A stretch of 64,000 nucleotides of DNA from Gammaproteobacteria bacterium (GTDB lineage Bacteria; Pseudomonadota; Gammaproteobacteria; CAJXQU01): the NCBI GenBank assembly GCA_965238175.1, contig CBDEGZ010000003.1:288001-352000 (forward strand). The letters run 5' to 3'. Under the pieces are notes generated by a model. The model made no database searches. It had not been told where the DNA came from and was given only the letters and a program-made list of their open reading frames with translations. Made by a program: the position numbers and the translations under genes. Below are positions 31,005-40,376 of the stretch, one piece after another (position 1 is the stretch's first letter; every line of letters starts with the position of its first letter).

Positions 31005-31382
31005 TTATTTTCCGCCATTACGGTGTCTTTTCATTACCGGGGAAACGTCTTCTTTTCTTTCATTGTCCAGTAGCTTTTCTATCCAACGTTTTTTCTCCTC
31101 CCGGTTTGTAGTTTCTTCATTTACTGCGGTAGCTACTGCTTTTTGTTCAGTAACTTTAGGGACACTTGCTGATCGAGTTTCCATGCAGGAGATGAAGGCG
31201 GTTCGATGGGCGATTTTTGTTTCTCTTTCTGACATTTGTGGGTATTGATCATGACGGATATTATTGACGGCGCTTACTGCACGTCTGGTACAAAAATCCT
31301 CCACTTCTTCAGCACATAACATTGTTGGTGAAAGTAGTAGAGTCAATAAAGGTAGTAGAACTAATTTGTGTTTAATAGTCAT
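31005..31382 (-). CDS. Hypothetical exported protein with two Cys
   Basis: Start MTIKHKLVLLPLL, signal peptide, FC...SC pair, basic tail. Confidence 0.55.
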   Translation of the reverse strand: MTIKHKLVLLPLLTLLLSPTMLCAEEVEDFCTRRAVSAVNNIRHDQYPQMSERETKIAHRTAFISCMETRSASVPKVTEQKAVATAVNEETTNREEKKRWIEKLLDNERKEDVSPVMKRHRNGGK

Positions 31383-31469
31383 AATTAAATTATTAAAATT
31401 ATTTTTGTTAGAAAAATTCAAAGCTATACAACATTAAGCTTTGATAATATTTAAGCTAAAAGATCACAC

Positions 31470-32233
31470 TTCTTGGCTTCATAATAAAGCTTACTACTTC
31501 TAAGATACCTATTACACAGCTGTCTTGTCTCCTACCTGTAGCTTATCAGTTTGACGATATTTTCCAGTTTTCACGAGAATGCTTTGAAGGTCTGAATCTA
31601 TTGCACCTATGGCACTTGGCTATACATCATCTCCGATCATTATAGTCTCTTTGTGAAGGTGGTTTGCACTTTTAGTAACTGCGGTCTCGAAAAAGCTTTG
31701 CCGGTTTACCGATTATTTGAGTTTTAGTATCGGATGCAAATCAAAGTGCGGCTACGAAAGGATTCATGTCTAAACTCAGCTGATCGTTTTCCTTAAAATT
31801 AACGGTTATACCTCATAGCAATTAGAAGCGCGCCACCCATTGTAAAGTCGAAATGCCTGGTTGAGTCTGCTATAGGTAAATGCATCGGCATCATCAGCAA
31901 TTATAATAGCTGGTTTTTTGTCGGGGATCTGATCTTTAAATTCACATTCCTGGGCAGGTGCACTAGTAAAAATGGCGAGAGATTATTGATTTTAAGATAA
32001 CCATGTAGCGTATTCGGTGTAGTAAATATTTGTTCTTCCTGAATTTAGGAGACCTCATAGCTGATAGTCGATCTAAATATCGCGTCTCGTACTATGTGTA
32101 ATATTTGCTACATATTTGATCGGCAAAGCGGTTTCGGATAACTGTGTGATTGATTCAATTGCAGCTAGTAAAGGATTTCCACCATCGTACAATACACCAC
32201 CTAGATCAATAAAATGGTTTTAATTGGTGTCAT
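31470..32233 (-). pseudogene. HAD subfamily IIA hydrolase (TIGR01458/LHPP-like) pseudogene
   Basis: Fragments across stops and frameshifts: MTPIKNHFIDLGGVLY, FTYSRLNQAFRL, LDMNPFVAAL, IGKPAK, MIGDDV, ILVKTGKYR. The 3' boundary is approximate. Confidence 0.8.
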
Positions 32234-32374
32234 AATCCTCACTTCATGAGGAGATTGATTAACAACCCGCAGGTATTTGTAACTAAATTAGCATTTGTTT
32301 TGAAAATAAGGGCATTTTTGTTTTATCTTCGAACAAGCTAACCTATTATTGCGATCACATAAACACCTACGGGA

Positions 32375-33031
32375 GTGATAAGTATGCCCAAAAACACTGG
32401 ATCTGAGTATACCCACGAAGAAATAAGTAACGCTGTTTCTAGTAATGAAGAAGGGGAAAAGCATCTTGAACGAGCAATAGGTTCGCAGATCCGAGTGTTC
32501 CGTAAGCAGCTCAAAATGACCGCTGAGGAAATCGCTAAACAGGCGGGATTATCTCAAGGGATGCTGTCAAAAATTGAGCGAGGTGTTACTACTCCTTCTC
32601 TAGGAACACTGTATGCACTAGCTCAAGCATTGAATGTTTCAGTCACTTCCTTGTTTCGTAAATATGATGAACAACGTGACTGCACCTTTGTACCTTCTGG
32701 AGAAGGTTTGCTTATCGAACGTCATGGTACGCGCGCAGGACATCAATATCGTTTACTTGGCCATAATGTGAGCAAACGACTTATCTTAGAACCTTATCTG
32801 ATCACTTTAACTAATGAGTCTGAAGTCTTTCCATTATTCCAGCATTCTGGCATTGAGTTTATATATCTGTTGGAAGGAGAAGTTCTTTATCGGCATGCTA
32901 ACGAGACGTATCACATGAAAGCGGGTGATTCATTGTTTTTTGATGCTGACGCACCGCATGGTCCTGAAGAGCTTATTCAGGTTCCTATTCGAATGATCGC
33001 AAATATTTGCCGATCAAGTTCTGATGACTAG
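32375..33031 (+). CDS. XRE-family HTH/cupin transcriptional regulator of the methylamine cluster
   Basis: GLSQGMLSKIERG HTH; GTRAGHQYRLLGH, FQHSGIEFIY, FFDADAPHGPE cupin. Confidence 0.9.
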   Translation: MISMPKNTGSEYTHEEISNAVSSNEEGEKHLERAIGSQIRVFRKQLKMTAEEIAKQAGLSQGMLSKIERGVTTPSLGTLYALAQALNVSVTSLFRKYDEQRDCTFVPSGEGLLIERHGTRAGHQYRLLGHNVSKRLILEPYLITLTNESEVFPLFQHSGIEFIYLLEGEVLYRHANETYHMKAGDSLFFDADAPHGPEELIQVPIRMIANICRSSSDD

Positions 33032-33096
33032 CAGATCCTTTCTGTTGTGGCTTCCTGCACCTATTGAATTAGTTAGCTCTAACTAGTAACCCTATA

Positions 33097-33267
33097 TATT
33101 CATTATATGAATAAAATATTCATATAATGTTGACGTATCCTCAAGTAAGGCATACTATTGACCCTAAGTTCTCTAAAGGATAAATATTTTTAGTGTGTTT
33201 GTCTTATAAAGTATCTAGATGGACAATTTAAAGGTCTTTTTGCGAATATAATATTCGCATTGTGAAT
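33097..33267 (+). promoter_or_regulatory. Sigma70 promoter and palindromic operator candidates for the mgs/gmaS operon
   Basis: TTGACG (33130)-17 bp-TACTAT (33153); palindromes TATTCATTATATGAATA (33097), TGCGAATATAATATTCGCA (33241), ATTCGCATTGTGAAT (33253). Confidence 0.55.
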
Positions 33268-33341
33268 GTTTTATTTAAGCGTATTCGCCTATTGTTTAGG
33301 CTCATGTAGATAAAATTTGAAGTATTAATGGAGGTGAATTC

Positions 33342-34241
33342 ATGTGTGGAATTGTTGGATTGTTCATAAAAAATCCTGAACTAGAAAAAAATCTAGGCGC
33401 ACTCCTGTCGCCGATGCTTATTGAGATGACAGAGCGAGGTCCAGACAGTACTGGGATTGCTGTTTATGGAGAAACTGCTGCTGATAACATGGTTAAGCTG
33501 ACAGTTTTGTCGTCAGATCCTGATTACGATTGGGAAATACTCAATCAACAGTTGGTAGGAAAATTTGGCCAAACGGCGTACCTGGAGACACGGAGTAATC
33601 ATGCTGTTCTCTTCGCACAAACTGATGCTGATAGCTTGAATACCTGGGTAAAAAATCACTATCCTGAGTTATCTAAAGCAAGCTCTGGAACGGTTATTGA
33701 GATCTTTAAGGAAAAAGGTCTGGCTGTAGATATGATCGAGAAATTTAGCATCGAGAGTATGCAGGGAAGTCACGCATTGGGTCATACGCGTATGGCGACA
33801 GAAAGCGCGGTTACGACGGAACACTCACACCCATTTTCAACTGGAGAGGATCTATGTCTTGTCCATAATGGATCACTTTCCAATCATAATCGATTACGCC
33901 AAGAACTGCAGGCAAAGGGTATTGAATTTCAAACGGATAACGATAGCGAAGTCGCCGCAGGCTACCTAAGTTTGAAGCTTCGTGAAGGTGCTTCATTGGA
34001 TGAAGCGCTTGAAATGGCGATTAAAGATCTTGATGGTTTTTATACCTTTGCGGTTGGCAGTAAAGACGGCTTTGCAGTATTACGTGATCCCATAGGTTGT
34101 AAGCCTGCGATATTGGCTGAGACTGACGATTGGGTTGCCATGGCATCAGAATTCCGTTCCATAGCTGGTCTTCCAGGTGTTGAGAATGCCAAGATTTGGG
34201 AACCAGAACCTGCCCGTATTTATAGCTGGAAAAAGAACTAA
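33342..34241 (+). CDS. mgsA: N-methylglutamate synthase subunit A (class II glutamine amidotransferase, GlxB-like)
   Basis: MCGIVG, ERGPDS, GHTRMATES, VHNGSLSNHN, F.TDNDSEV; cluster context. Confidence 0.85.
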   Translation: MCGIVGLFIKNPELEKNLGALLSPMLIEMTERGPDSTGIAVYGETAADNMVKLTVLSSDPDYDWEILNQQLVGKFGQTAYLETRSNHAVLFAQTDADSLNTWVKNHYPELSKASSGTVIEIFKEKGLAVDMIEKFSIESMQGSHALGHTRMATESAVTTEHSHPFSTGEDLCLVHNGSLSNHNRLRQELQAKGIEFQTDNDSEVAAGYLSLKLREGASLDEALEMAIKDLDGFYTFAVGSKDGFAVLRDPIGCKPAILAETDDWVAMASEFRSIAGLPGVENAKIWEPEPARIYSWKKN

Positions 34242-34245
34242 TACT

Positions 34246-34704
34246 ATGAATGATTTACTCTTAAAAGATGACCTTAGAATGGTTACGGACGTTGTTCAAA
34301 AACTTGATCTCCTTACCGTTATGGATTTGAAGTCTATGGATTTTTTCAGATGGCAAATGATGCAGTCAAAACTGGATGCATATAATGACTCCGTTTTGGT
34401 TGTAGTGCCGACAGCTTTAACGGAAGACGAGCACGTTTTACCTGAAAGCAATCGAGAGAGCTTTAGCAAACGTCTTCAAGCTTTCACATCACGTGAGCAA
34501 GAAATCTTACTGATGATTGCGGCAGGCAAGAACAATAAAATCATTGCAAGAGAGTTGGATATTAGTTCCGGCACAGTAAAAGTCCATGTTAAGAATCTAA
34601 TGCGTAAATTAAATGTTCACTCACGTTTGGAAGTAGCGGTGTGGGTATTTGGTTTTGCGTTAGAAAAGGCACTACCTAGGGGGGGAAACAATGAATACAG
34701 TTGA
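34246..34704 (+). CDS. LuxR/NarL-type HTH regulator with atypical short N-terminus
   Basis: ATG 34246; FTSREQEILLMIAAGKNNKIIARELDISSGTVKVHVKNLMRKLNVHSRLEVAVW; no intact receiver domain. Confidence 0.8.
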   Translation: MNDLLLKDDLRMVTDVVQKLDLLTVMDLKSMDFFRWQMMQSKLDAYNDSVLVVVPTALTEDEHVLPESNRESFSKRLQAFTSREQEILLMIAAGKNNKIIARELDISSGTVKVHVKNLMRKLNVHSRLEVAVWVFGFALEKALPRGGNNEYS

Positions 34705-35374
34705 TTTGGACAAAACAGAAGTACGTGAGCTTAACGCGTCACTACACAATATTGATGCATTGGAGAGTACATCGGGCTTTCAGATTATTAATCCTAAGGG
34801 CAAACATAATATTGCAGTAGGCCTTGATGGAGATGCAGATATTACGATTGATGGTCACGTTGGCTACTATTGTGGTGGGATGAACAAAAAAGCAGATATT
34901 ACTGTAACCGGTAATGCTGGCGCTGGTGTTGGCGAGAACATTATGTCTGGAACGATCCGGATTAAAGGAAACGCCTCACAATATGCGGCTGCGACAGGTG
35001 TTGGTGGGTTGGTTGTTATTGAAGGGGATGCTGCAGCGCGTTGCGGTATTTCTATGAAAGGGGTTGATATCGTTGTCGGTGGATCCGTAGGACATATGAG
35101 TGCCTTTATGGGGCAGTCTGGCAACCTGGTTATTTGTGGTGACGCAGGAGACGCACTTGGCGATTCGATCTATGAGATTGACATATTTGTACAAGGGCAG
35201 GTCAAGAGCTTAGGCACTGATTGCGAAGAAAAGGAAATGAAATCTGAACATATCGAAAAGCTTGCAGAGCTTCTGGAAAAAGCATCAATTGACGCCGATC
35301 CAAGCAAGTTTAAACGATATGGGCCGGGTAGAAATCTGTACAGTTTTAAAGTTGATGATGCTCATTTGCCGTAA
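34691..35374 (+). CDS. mgsB: N-methylglutamate synthase subunit B (GXGXG domain, GlxC-like)
   Basis: VRELN..LH, GHVGYYCGGMN, GVGENIMSG, RCGISMKG, LGDSIYE. Confidence 0.87.
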   Translation: MNTVDLDKTEVRELNASLHNIDALESTSGFQIINPKGKHNIAVGLDGDADITIDGHVGYYCGGMNKKADITVTGNAGAGVGENIMSGTIRIKGNASQYAAATGVGGLVVIEGDAAARCGISMKGVDIVVGGSVGHMSAFMGQSGNLVICGDAGDALGDSIYEIDIFVQGQVKSLGTDCEEKEMKSEHIEKLAELLEKASIDADPSKFKRYGPGRNLYSFKVDDAHLP

Positions 35375-35448
35375 AAATTTCAAGTGAAAAATTAACAGCC
35401 AAGACAAATATCTATAACATAAAGTTAAAGTACGAATCGAGGTAAAAA

Positions 35449-36789
35449 ATGACTACCAAGAATGTTTCTGAGGAAGGAATACAATTAAAAGAATCCAGTA
35501 CTTGGGATCCAGCAACTATTCAGGAAATACAGCGTGCTGCAACCGAAGGCATTTACAGCATCAGAGGTGGTGGTGCTAGACGTCATGTACCGCATTTTGA
35601 TGATCTGCTTTTGCTTGGTTCAAGTATGTCTCGCTACCCGCTTGAAGGTTATCGCGAACATTGTGGTACAAACGTAACGCTCGGAACACGATTTGCGAAA
35701 AAACCATTACATTTGGACATCCCGATCACTATTGCTGGTATGAGTTTTGGTGCTTTGTCTGCACAAGCCAAAGATTCCCTGGGCAAAGGTGCAACAGCCA
35801 TGGGTACAACCACCACGACAGGTGACGGTGGTATGACTCCCGAAGAGCGACAATCTTCAAAGACATTGGTTTATCAATTATTACCATCGCGTTATGGAAT
35901 GAATCCCGATGATTTACGTAAAGCTGATGCTATCGAAGTAGTGTGTGGTCAGGGTGCAAAACCAGGCGGCGGTGGCATGTTATTGGGTCAAAAGATCAGT
36001 GATCGTGTGGCGCAAATGCGCACTTTGCCGAAAGGCGTTGATCAACGTAGTGCTTGTCGTCATCCGGACTGGACGGGTCCCGATGATCTGGAAATCAAGA
36101 TCCAGGAATTGCGTGAGATAACCGACTGGGAAAAGCCAATCTATATCAAGGTTGGTGCAACCCGGACTAAATATGATGTGCAACTTGCAGTGAAAGCAGG
36201 AGCAGACGTTATCGTAGTTGATGGTATGCAAGGTGGTACTGCTGCGACTCAAGATGTTTTTATCGAGCATGTCGGTATACCAACTTTACCCGCCGTACGT
36301 ATCGCTGTGGAAGCCTTGCAAGAGATGGGTATGCACCGGAAAGTACAACTTATCGTTTCGGGTGGTATTCGAAATGGTGCGGATGTAGCTAAGTGTATGG
36401 CACTGGGTGCAGATGCTGTTTCAATCGGTATGGCAGCGATGTACGCACTTGGTTGTAATGATCAAAAATATGCAGACGAGTATCGTAAAATGGGAACCGC
36501 TCCGGGATATTATGACGCTTATCACGAAGGTCGTTGTCCAGCAGGTATTTCGACGCAAGATCCAGAGTTGTCAAAAAGATTAGATCCGGAACTGGGTGGT
36601 CGACGGATCAAAAATTTACTACAAACCATGGTGTTAGAAGCACAGACTTTGGCACGTGCATGCGGAAAGTCACACCTGCACAATCTTGAATCAGAAGATC
36701 TTGTTGCATTAACAGTTGAAGCAGCGGCTATGGCGAAGGTTCCATTGGCTGGAACAGATTGGGTGCCGGGAGCGAATGCATATAAATAA
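35449..36789 (+). CDS. mgsC: N-methylglutamate synthase subunit C (FMN-binding glutamate synthase family, GlxD-like)
   Basis: AGMSFGALS, TTTGDGG, GQGAKPGGGG, RSACRHPDWTGPDDL, SGGIRNGADV. Confidence 0.88.
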   Translation: MTTKNVSEEGIQLKESSTWDPATIQEIQRAATEGIYSIRGGGARRHVPHFDDLLLLGSSMSRYPLEGYREHCGTNVTLGTRFAKKPLHLDIPITIAGMSFGALSAQAKDSLGKGATAMGTTTTTGDGGMTPEERQSSKTLVYQLLPSRYGMNPDDLRKADAIEVVCGQGAKPGGGGMLLGQKISDRVAQMRTLPKGVDQRSACRHPDWTGPDDLEIKIQELREITDWEKPIYIKVGATRTKYDVQLAVKAGADVIVVDGMQGGTAATQDVFIEHVGIPTLPAVRIAVEALQEMGMHRKVQLIVSGGIRNGADVAKCMALGADAVSIGMAAMYALGCNDQKYADEYRKMGTAPGYYDAYHEGRCPAGISTQDPELSKRLDPELGGRRIKNLLQTMVLEAQTLARACGKSHLHNLESEDLVALTVEAAAMAKVPLAGTDWVPGANAYK

Positions 36790-36860
36790 AAACTTATCTA
36801 ACTATGCAGTTTAGTATGAGTAAATCAGTTGAAGATAATAATTAAAAAGAGAGGAAAATA

Positions 36861-38168
36861 ATGGCTACCGATTTAGCAAAAGTTGCAAAAGACAATGATT
36901 TAAAATATTTCTTAATCAGTTTTGTTGATCTGTTCGGTGTTCTACGTTCTAAACTAGTACCGATTCGTGCGATTAAAGGTATGCAAAAAGACGGTGCGGG
37001 TTTTGCGGGTTTTGCCACCTGGTTAGATTTGAGTCCAGCTGATGCTGACATGTTTGCCGTTCCAGATCCGGACAGTCTCACTATTCTTCCATGGCAGCGA
37101 GAAGTTGGCTGGCTTGCCAGTGACTTGTACATGGATGGCAAAGAAATCGCAGCTTCTCCTCGTGTTGCTCTGAAGCAGCAGATCAAAAAAGCAGCCAAAA
37201 TGGGATATACCTTAAAAACAGGTGTTGAAGGTGAATTCCACCTTATAAAAGAAGATGGTTCGAATATTTATGACGACCGTGATACTCAGGATAAGCCATG
37301 TTATGACCAGAGTTGTCTAATGCGTCGTTATGATGTTATTTCCGAAATTTGTGATTGTATGGTCGAGTTTGGTTGGGGTGCGTATCAAAATGATCATGAA
37401 GACGCCAATGGTCAGTGGGAAATGAACTGGGAATATGATCACGTTTTGAAAACCTGTGACCGTCACGTTTTTTTCAAGTATATGGTGAAACAAATTGCTG
37501 AGAATCATGGCCTGCGTGCTACTTTTATGCCCAAGCCATTTATGAATTTGACCGGAAATGGTTGTCATATCAATGCATCTTTATGGGATAAAACCGGTAA
37601 AAAGAACATGTTTATGGATCCAAAAGGTGAACTGGGCCTGAGTAAACTTGCCTACAATTTTCTCGGCGGTGTGATCAAAAACGTTGATGCTTTGACATCT
37701 TTCTTCAATCCGACCGTAAATAGCTACAAGCGTATTAACGCTCCGGTTACCGTCTCTGGCGCAACCTGGGCACCAAACACAATTACCTGGGGAGGTAACA
37801 ACCGCACCAATATGGTTCGTATTCCGGAAGGTAACCGCATCGAATTCCGTCTGGCTGATGGTGCGATGAATCCGTATCTGGCCCCAGCTGCGCTTTTGGC
37901 CTGTGGTCTACAGGGTGTTAAGGATAATGTTGATCCTGGTAAGCGTTGCGATTTGGATATGTATACTGAAGGTGACAAGGTTCGTGGTGCCAAGAAGCTA
38001 CCGTTGAATCTGCTGGATGCTATCCGTTTGACTGAGAAGAGCAAATTTGTTCGTGAAGCCATGGGGGATGAACTCATTGATGCCTACACCAAGCTGAAAA
38101 ATGTCGAATGGGATCAGTATTGCCATCATCTCACTGAGTGGGAGCGACAAAACACACTCGATTGTTAA
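36861..38168 (+). CDS. gmaS: Gamma-glutamylmethylamide synthetase (type III glutamine synthetase-like, GlnT)
   Basis: GAGFAGFATWLD, KPCYDQ, YQNDHEDANGQ, TFMPKPF, WGGNNRT, ends TLDC; adjacent to mgsABC. Confidence 0.88.
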   Translation: MATDLAKVAKDNDLKYFLISFVDLFGVLRSKLVPIRAIKGMQKDGAGFAGFATWLDLSPADADMFAVPDPDSLTILPWQREVGWLASDLYMDGKEIAASPRVALKQQIKKAAKMGYTLKTGVEGEFHLIKEDGSNIYDDRDTQDKPCYDQSCLMRRYDVISEICDCMVEFGWGAYQNDHEDANGQWEMNWEYDHVLKTCDRHVFFKYMVKQIAENHGLRATFMPKPFMNLTGNGCHINASLWDKTGKKNMFMDPKGELGLSKLAYNFLGGVIKNVDALTSFFNPTVNSYKRINAPVTVSGATWAPNTITWGGNNRTNMVRIPEGNRIEFRLADGAMNPYLAPAALLACGLQGVKDNVDPGKRCDLDMYTEGDKVRGAKKLPLNLLDAIRLTEKSKFVREAMGDELIDAYTKLKNVEWDQYCHHLTEWERQNTLDC

Positions 38169-38209
38169 TGACCAGTTGCAGATAATGAACAGACTTCGTT
38201 AGTCGATTT

Positions 38210-39544
38210 ATGAAGTCTGACTTTTTTACCGGTATAAACTATGATCCATATTGGTGGGAAGCTGCACCGCTTTCCCACCAGCAAACATGCACAAACCTTG
38301 CAGATGTAAAAGAGCCGGATATCGCGATCATCGGTGGTGGTTTTACAGGAATATCGGCTGCATTGACTTTATGTCGTGCGGGCAAAAGTGTTGTCCTTTT
38401 TGATCAAGGACCAATTGGCTATGGTGCCAGCAGCAGAAATGGTGGGCAGATAGGTAGCGGCAATCAAAAAATTCCGATCAGTAAATTGGAAGCCAGATTT
38501 GGTATTGAGGGTGCGAAGCAACTGCTGAATGAGGGTGTTCGCATGTTGGATTTCCTTAAGCAGCTCATTACCAGTGAAAAAATTCAATGTGATTTACAGG
38601 AAGTCGGACGTTTTCGTGGTGCTGTCAGACCACAACATTACGAATCGATGGCGCGGGAAATGGAAGCGCTAAACCGACGAACTCGTGTCGAATATCATAT
38701 GGTGCCTCGTTCGGAACAACACCAAGAAATTAACAGTGACTATTATCACGGTGGCTATGTATTACCGGGCGATGGTCTTGTTCATCCGGGTAAATTACAT
38801 TCTGGTATTAGACAGGCAGCTGTTAAATCTGGTCTTACATTACAGGCCAGTACTTGCATTAGAAAAATCAAAAAAACTGGGGTAGGTTTTCAGCTCGATA
38901 CTGACAGAGGTCAAATATTTGCTCGTGACGTTGTGCTTGCAACCAATGGCTATGGAGGCAGAATTGGAACAGAAACTGAAAAAAGAATTATTCCTGTAGG
39001 TTCCGCTATTATTGCTACGGAAGAACTATCGGAACACAAAATTTCAGAATTGATGCCTAAGTTAAGAGCCTATGGAAATTCAGCAAGAGTATTCCATTAT
39101 TTTCGTCCGTCACCGGATAATAAACGGATACTCTGGGGTGGTCGTGTTGGACGTTGGCGTGATCACACGTTAGAGCATCAAAAACAAAGTAACTGGAGCG
39201 CTTTTCGACACCTGCGAGATGACATGCTCAAGGTCTTTCCCGATTTGTCTAATGTGAAAATTGAGTATTGCTGGAGTGGCCTGATCGGCTATAGTTTTGA
39301 CGAACTACCGCATCTGGGAAAAGATAATGATGGTGTTTATTACGCTTGTGGTTATTGCGGTACGGGCGTGACTCGTTCAGTGTATCTGGGTTCAAAGATT
39401 GCAGAACGTGTTATTGATCAACAGAAGGGGCAAACAGCATTTGATCAGGCGTCTTTACCTGATCATTCTTTCCAATATATCGCACCACAGGCGGTGCCCG
39501 TAGTCGAGCGTTGGTATAGATTACGAGATTGGAGTGGGTTATGA
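38210..39544 (+). CDS. FAD-dependent oxidoreductase, DAO family (PuuB/OrdL-like)
   Basis: IIGGGFTG, GASSRNGG, VHPGKL, LATNGY, PHLG, GYCGTGV. Confidence 0.85.
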   Translation: MKSDFFTGINYDPYWWEAAPLSHQQTCTNLADVKEPDIAIIGGGFTGISAALTLCRAGKSVVLFDQGPIGYGASSRNGGQIGSGNQKIPISKLEARFGIEGAKQLLNEGVRMLDFLKQLITSEKIQCDLQEVGRFRGAVRPQHYESMAREMEALNRRTRVEYHMVPRSEQHQEINSDYYHGGYVLPGDGLVHPGKLHSGIRQAAVKSGLTLQASTCIRKIKKTGVGFQLDTDRGQIFARDVVLATNGYGGRIGTETEKRIIPVGSAIIATEELSEHKISELMPKLRAYGNSARVFHYFRPSPDNKRILWGGRVGRWRDHTLEHQKQSNWSAFRHLRDDMLKVFPDLSNVKIEYCWSGLIGYSFDELPHLGKDNDGVYYACGYCGTGVTRSVYLGSKIAERVIDQQKGQTAFDQASLPDHSFQYIAPQAVPVVERWYRLRDWSGL

Positions 39545-39819
39545 CGAACACTACTCTAGTTTTTGATCAGGTATAGCCAAATTAAGATAATGTCATCCAC
39601 GACTTATCCTTTAAAATTTTAACAAAAAGTCTTTGCAACAAAAAACAAATTCAAACTCCCCTTTGAGGAAATCCCAGTACTCGCTTTGATGTGCTGATCA
39701 GCCCCTGTTTCGCTGGCGTCAAAACGAATATCTTATACAAAACGAGACAAAGCAGCCACAAAAGTTGATATGGCGGCACCATTAAACGAATATCCCGATG
39801 ATTATCAGTATTTAAATCC

Positions 39820-40235
39820 TGTCGAACATAACGTGTCGTTATTTTGGAATATGTCGAGAAACGTTTTATACCCGTGCCCTTTGGGTGACGCTATCATTCT
39901 CGTTGGGTATCGTGATGTTTCTTGAAAAGGGCGAAGCAACTAACAAGCCCCCCTTTCCGGAGAAACATGTCTTCCCAGTAAGAATGATAGAGCCACTGAT
40001 ACCTGCATTTCCAGGTGGCACGGGTATAATCAAACCCGCGAGGCCACGATTAAACGGTAAAGTAGAACACTCTCACTTAACCGGACAGCATGAATTTTAT
40101 CAAGCCCTGGACTACAACGGAGATGTAGAGAACCGTAAAAAACTCGCTTGAGGACTATTATAATTTCCTTAGACCCCATTTTGCACACATGAGCAGAATA
40201 CCTTATGAAAAATTAAAACAACGTATGTTAGGCTA
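39820..40235 (+). pseudogene. Internally deleted IS481-type transposase relic (distinct from the intact copies)
   Basis: N-terminal HTH fragment TCRYFGICRETFY near 39831; C-terminal IKPARPRLNGKVEHSH...EFYQ...YYNFLRPH...PYEKL. Confidence 0.7.
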
Positions 40236-40376
40236 ACATTTCTTCCTCAGTACTAGTCAGATAAAAGACAAATCGTCGTGTATAAAATAAAATGTTATGA
40301 ACAGATTAATAATGGATTGGAAAATTTCTTAAATACAAGTGACAGGTTTTCATCAACCATTGTTGTCGAAATGTAG

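Noticed and set aside
34177-34245. Longer start for the LuxR-type ORF
   Set aside because: It overlaps the mgsA 3' end; ATG 34246 just after the mgsA stop is more plausible.
36861-38168. Housekeeping glutamine synthetase glnA
   Set aside because: GlnT/GmaS-type signatures and the mgsABC context argue against it.
39885-40151. Intact 88-aa gene
   Set aside because: Chimeric frame; only the second half is a transposase fragment.
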